This document shows positions 49,790-53,668 of a stretch of DNA of 53,668 nucleotides, piece after piece. Origin of the DNA: Welwitschia mirabilis (Eukaryota); contig JBOZIK010000001.1 in the NCBI GenBank assembly GCA_051453625.1, forward strand, positions 48,331,910-48,385,577, read 5' to 3'. The stretch's first letter is position 1; each line of letters starts with the position of its first letter. Both the position numbers and the translations under genes were made by a program. The notes beneath the pieces are model-generated. The model did not search any database and was not told the DNA's origin. It saw only the letters and a program-made list of their open reading frames with translations.

Positions 49790-51611
49790 CTGATAGGTAA
49801 GACATGTTGTATCCTTTCCACTTCTTATCACCATTTTTAAATCTCTTTTAACTTTATTTAGGTTAGTTATTAGTTGAGATGAAAAAGACCCTTGTGGTCT
49901 TTGATTGGTAAGTATTATTTATTGAATCACATTTACCAGGTTCTTAATGTTGCTATTAATTTTCTTATGTACATTTCTCATCTCTTTTATGGATTCTCTA
50001 ATGGGATGTTTCAGATTTTATTGAAAATTAGGTTAAAAGTTGGAATTCTTGNNNNNNNNNNNNNNNNNNNNNNNNNNNNNNNNNNNNNNNNNNNNNNNNN
50101 NNNNNNNNNNNNNNNNNNNNNNNNNNNNNNNNNNNNNNNNNNNNNNNNNNNNNNNNNNNNNNNNNNNNNNNNNNNNNNNNNNNNNNNNNNNNNNNNNNNN
50201 NNNNNNNNNNNNNNNNNNNNNNNNNNNNNNNNNNNNNNNNNNNNNNNNNNNNNNNNNNNNNNNNNNNNNNNNNNNNNNNNNNNNNNNNNNNNNNNNNNNN
50301 NNNNNNNNNNNNNNNNNNNNNNNNNNNNNNNNNNNNNNNNNNNNNNNNNNNNNNNNNNNNNNNNNNNNNNNNNNNNNNNNNNNNNNNNNNNNNNNNNNNN
50401 NNNNNNNNNNNNNNNNNNNNNNNNNNNNNNNNNNNNNNNNNNNNNNNNNNNNNNNNNNNNNNNNNNNNNNNNNNNNNNNNNNNNNNNNNNNNNNNNNNNN
50501 NNNNNNNNNNNNNNNNNNNNNNNNNNNNNNNNNNNNNNNNNNNNNNNNNNNNNNNNNNNNNNNNNNNNNNNNNNNNNNNNNNNNNNNNNNNNNNNNNNNN
50601 NNNNNNNNNNNNNNNNNNNNNNNNNNNNNNNNNNNNNNNNNNNNNNNNNNNNNNNNNNNNNNNNNNNNNNNNNNNNNNNNNTCATAGAACTCTCACTCAA
50701 AAATCTTTTAATAAATACTTCTTGCACTTTACTCCAAGATTTAAGGCTTTTATATGGGATAGATTCAAGCCAAACTTTTGCTCTTCTTCTAAGTGTGACT
50801 GGAAAAATAATCATGTAAGTATAATCACTAATACATTTTTTTCCATTTTCTGAGGTAAGAACAACTTGTTCAATGTCAACCAAATGTTGAAAAGGATCTT
50901 CCTCTGATTCCCCCAAAAAAGTTGGATAAGCACTTAAATTTCTTAATTTTACATCATCTCCAAGAGGTAAATCAAAAGAATTTTAAATTTNNNNNNNNNN
51001 NNNNNNNNNNNNNNNNNNNNNNNNNNNNNNNNNNNNNNNNNNNNNNNNNNNNNNNNNNNNNNNNNNNNNNNNNNNNNNNNNNNNNNNNNNTCACTAATAC
51101 ATTTTTTTCCATTTTCTGAGGTAAGAACAACTTGTTCAATGTCAACCAAATTTTGAAAAGGATCTTCCTCTGATTCCCCCAAAAAATTTGGATAAGCACT
51201 TAAATTTCTTAATTTTACATCATCTCCAAGATGTAAATCAAAAGAATTTTAAATTTTTCATTTTTTATTAGCAATTAAATCCCTAAGAATAATGTTTACA
51301 TTTGAGAAAGAAGTTCCTATTATGACTTGAATATCAGATGAAGTAACTTACTTTTGTTTTTACAATGCTTTCGATATGTTCAACATATTTGAAGAAACAA
51401 AATGATTAACTTTTATACTACAATTTTCTTTCGAAAAATCTAATTCTAAAACAATAAAAGTAGAAAAATATTCTTCTTTAATTCTAGGAATTTGTGTACC
51501 TAAGGTGTGCATACCTAGATCTAGTTCAAAGTTAAATAATCCTTCTCTAATATTTTCTTTAATTAGGTTTTGTTATCTCTAATATTTTATCTTCTTACCA
51601 AAATTCACCAT
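49790..51611 (-). pseudogene. gag: Element F gag
   Basis: MVN start at 51611; GESEEDPFQHL..FPVTLRRRAKVWLESIP..SWSKVQEVFIKRF. Confidence 0.88.
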
Positions 51612-52152
51612 GTCCCTGCATGCTCAAACAACTAATAAAAAGTAGAAATAAAAAATACTAGACTGTCATCTGCTTGGTTATAAGAATGACAGAAAGGACA
51701 ATGATTATAGTAAAAAAAATATTTAAAACTACAAAAATTCTAATAGAAAGAAATTGGACTATCATCCAAACTATCTTGAGGATGACAGATAGAATGATAG
51801 TTTATTCAATTTGCAAACAAGAAAATATCAAAAATGTAGAAAATTTTAGGACTGTTGTCCTTCAAGTCAGGGGGACGATAGACACAACGATATTCTATTA
51901 TGAAGAAAATCAAAGAAATTTTGTGAAAAATAGAAACTAATTTTGAAATTTTAAACTGTTGTGCCCTATGTCATTAGGACGATAGAGAAAATGATAAGAT
52001 TCCGAAGAAAATTTATAGAAAATAAAATCACATAGAAATAGATCTACTTTAAACTACACTAGAAATACAACATGAACTTAAATAAATAACCTGAATAATA
52101 GATTTAAGGTACTTATATAGTTAATGATAATTCTCTTAGCTCCTTGTGGCCT

Positions 52153-52170
52153 TCCCCGGAAATGGCGCCA
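52153..52170 (-). promoter_or_regulatory. tRNA-Asp primer-binding site
   Basis: 16/18 match to TGGCGCCGTTGCCGGGGA, 3 nt from the LTR end. Confidence 0.92.
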
Positions 52171-52173
52171 AAA

Positions 52174-53514
52174 TGTCATAGTGTGAATTTATGCAACTCT
52201 GAAGTCCTTTATGTAAAATTGTGAATAAAATAATTACAACAAACACACTCAAGTATAGATGGGAGTTCACCTTAATGTCATAATCCCAACAAAGGTACTA
52301 GGATCAGAGTTATAGAATTACTTTCGAAAGGTATTTTTAGTCTTTTATCTTATAAAAGCTAGAAGAAAATAAACACGTAAATGCAATGCAAATGAATGGA
52401 TATGAAGTGCAGTGAATGGAAATGAAAATGGATTCTATTTAAATCTTAGTCCTTCTATTACAAAGACTATCTTCTCTATAAATTATATTAATTAAGAAGA
52501 ACTTCCAAGTAGTTCTTAACCAACATAAACTATGAGATCTATCAAAGTAAGATACGTAATGCAATATGAATTAGAATGAAAAAGTAATGTAAATCTACTA
52601 CTAACCAAGGTCAACCTTAACAAATGTTACCCTTATGATTTAGATAAATCATAGAGTTATCACAATAAACTATGATCAATGTAACCCATAAGGAACATTC
52701 ACAGAATTGGAATAAAAAGAGAAATTGTATTAATTCAAAGAGTATTTAAGAATATTACATCCAATTACAAATAGAATAATAGTACCTTAATAAAAGATAC
52801 TTATCTTAACACCAAGGAGAATACTTTTTATAGCTCTGGATGGAGCTCTTATTCTTCAATCCTCCATCACAAGTATCTGGTACAAAAGATGGAGCTACAA
52901 ATAAAGGAAGGAAAGGATATTTATGGTTTTGCATTTGAGGTTCTAGAATCAAAAGCCTAAAAATGGGAAATAAAACCATAACAACTCACATGAGTCACTT
53001 AACCCCATTTACTGCAAAAATAGATATCATCCTATCTATCTTTGGGATGACATAGGGGATGTCACCATGTGTTACTTGTCTCCGTGCCCCGTTGTTAGCC
53101 TTGCAATTTCTGTTCATGTTAGCAGTGTCTTTGTCCTGCTTATCATGGAGATGACATAGGGGATGACACCATGTTCTATCTTCATATGCTTCATATGCTA
53201 TTGTCTGCCCTGCATCCTTTGTCCATGTTAGCAGTGTTATTATCCTGGCTATCATGGGAATGACACAGGGGATGACACTCTTCCTTTTCTCTAATCTCAA
53301 AGGTAAGTCAATATTTTGTATTATAAAGTCCTTCTTCCAAATATGCAGTATCAGAATAGGCCTAAGAAACTATCAAAAATGCTAAGGATCACATGTTTTA
53401 TTAATCATCCTACTAAATCTCTATAGTCATCAGTATTTCATAAAAACTTATGTGAATGTCCTACAAAAGTACTCAAAATACACCATCAAATTCCTACAAA
53501 TTGGCATTGTAACA
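52174..53514 (-). repeat. Element F 5' LTR (flanked by both PPT and PBS)
   Basis: TGTTACAATGCC...TATGACA on the - strand, 1341 bp. Confidence 0.9.
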
Positions 53515-53668
53515 TAGTCTCCTACTTAGCCTTATCAATCCCTCATAAGATAAGTGATCAACTAGATTGCGAGCTAATTTGACTAACATAAAATAGTGCT
53601 TGAAATGATGTAAATTGAATTCCATTAAATCAGGTAAGAAAATGATATCATCAAATGCTGAAGAATGT
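53515..53668 (-). mobile_element. 3' internal end and PPT of a further Athila-like element sharing F's LTR
   Basis: Reverse reads AAATTAGCTCGCAATC...GATAAGGCTAAGTAGGAGACTA, homologous to the pre-LTR sequence at 8722-8794 and 18940-19006. Confidence 0.8.

Larger units (their letters stand above)
42258..53514 (-). mobile_element. Element F: Athila-like Ty3/gypsy element, decayed and gapped
   Basis: 5' LTR 52174-53514; 3' LTR from 42258 into the gap; PBS TGGCGCCATTTCCGGGGA at 52153-52170; gag-AP-RT-RH-INT on the - strand. Confidence 0.92.

Noticed and set aside
5070..51199. Long ORFs in the track (200-350 aa) containing X runs
   Set aside because: They are artefacts of translating N gaps.
52995..53300. 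101-aa ORF and ~105-bp spaced repeats resembling a CRISPR-like array
   Set aside because: Lies within F's LTR; the 'spacers' are similar to one another, there are no cas genes, and the context is eukaryotic. It is a tandem of the palindromic motif.
1..53668. Naming the host species
   Set aside because: TE lineages indicate a land plant, but nothing in the window is diagnostic without a database search.

Overview
AT-rich, CpG-depleted, gapped eukaryotic sequence, most likely land-plant heterochromatin. I found no intact host gene and no RNA gene. The window is a stack of decayed, nested retroelements. (A) A + strand Athila-like Ty3/gypsy element: its 5' end lies outside the window, it carries gag-AP-RT-RH-INT plus an env-like extra ORF, and its 3' LTR ends at 20752. 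(B) An apparently pol-less Athila-like element (150-9821) inserted in A's gag with an ATAGT target-site duplication (TSD). (C) A gag-only Sirevirus-type Copia element (- strand, 20753-24931) whose 3' LTR is cut by A. A - strand RTE/RTEX-like LINE is split through its RT 'QG' motif by (D), a LARD-like element (26077-33173). (E) A heavily decayed, all-domain Copia element (~35350-40212). Next come a probable solo LTR and a Sirevirus LTR fragment. (F) A - strand Athila-like element (42258-53514) whose 5' LTR also has a PPT upstream, i.e. a shared LTR in a possible tandem. All ORFs are pseudogenised, mainly by C>T/G>A changes. The most notable observations are a ~415-bp foreign insert in A's RT, a recurrent ~40-nt palindrome, a conserved post-pol RNA hairpin, a putative 5'-UTR intron and the shared LTR. 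Five 100-N gaps flanked by duplicated sequence look like assembly artefacts. I did not find a convincing new protein-coding system.
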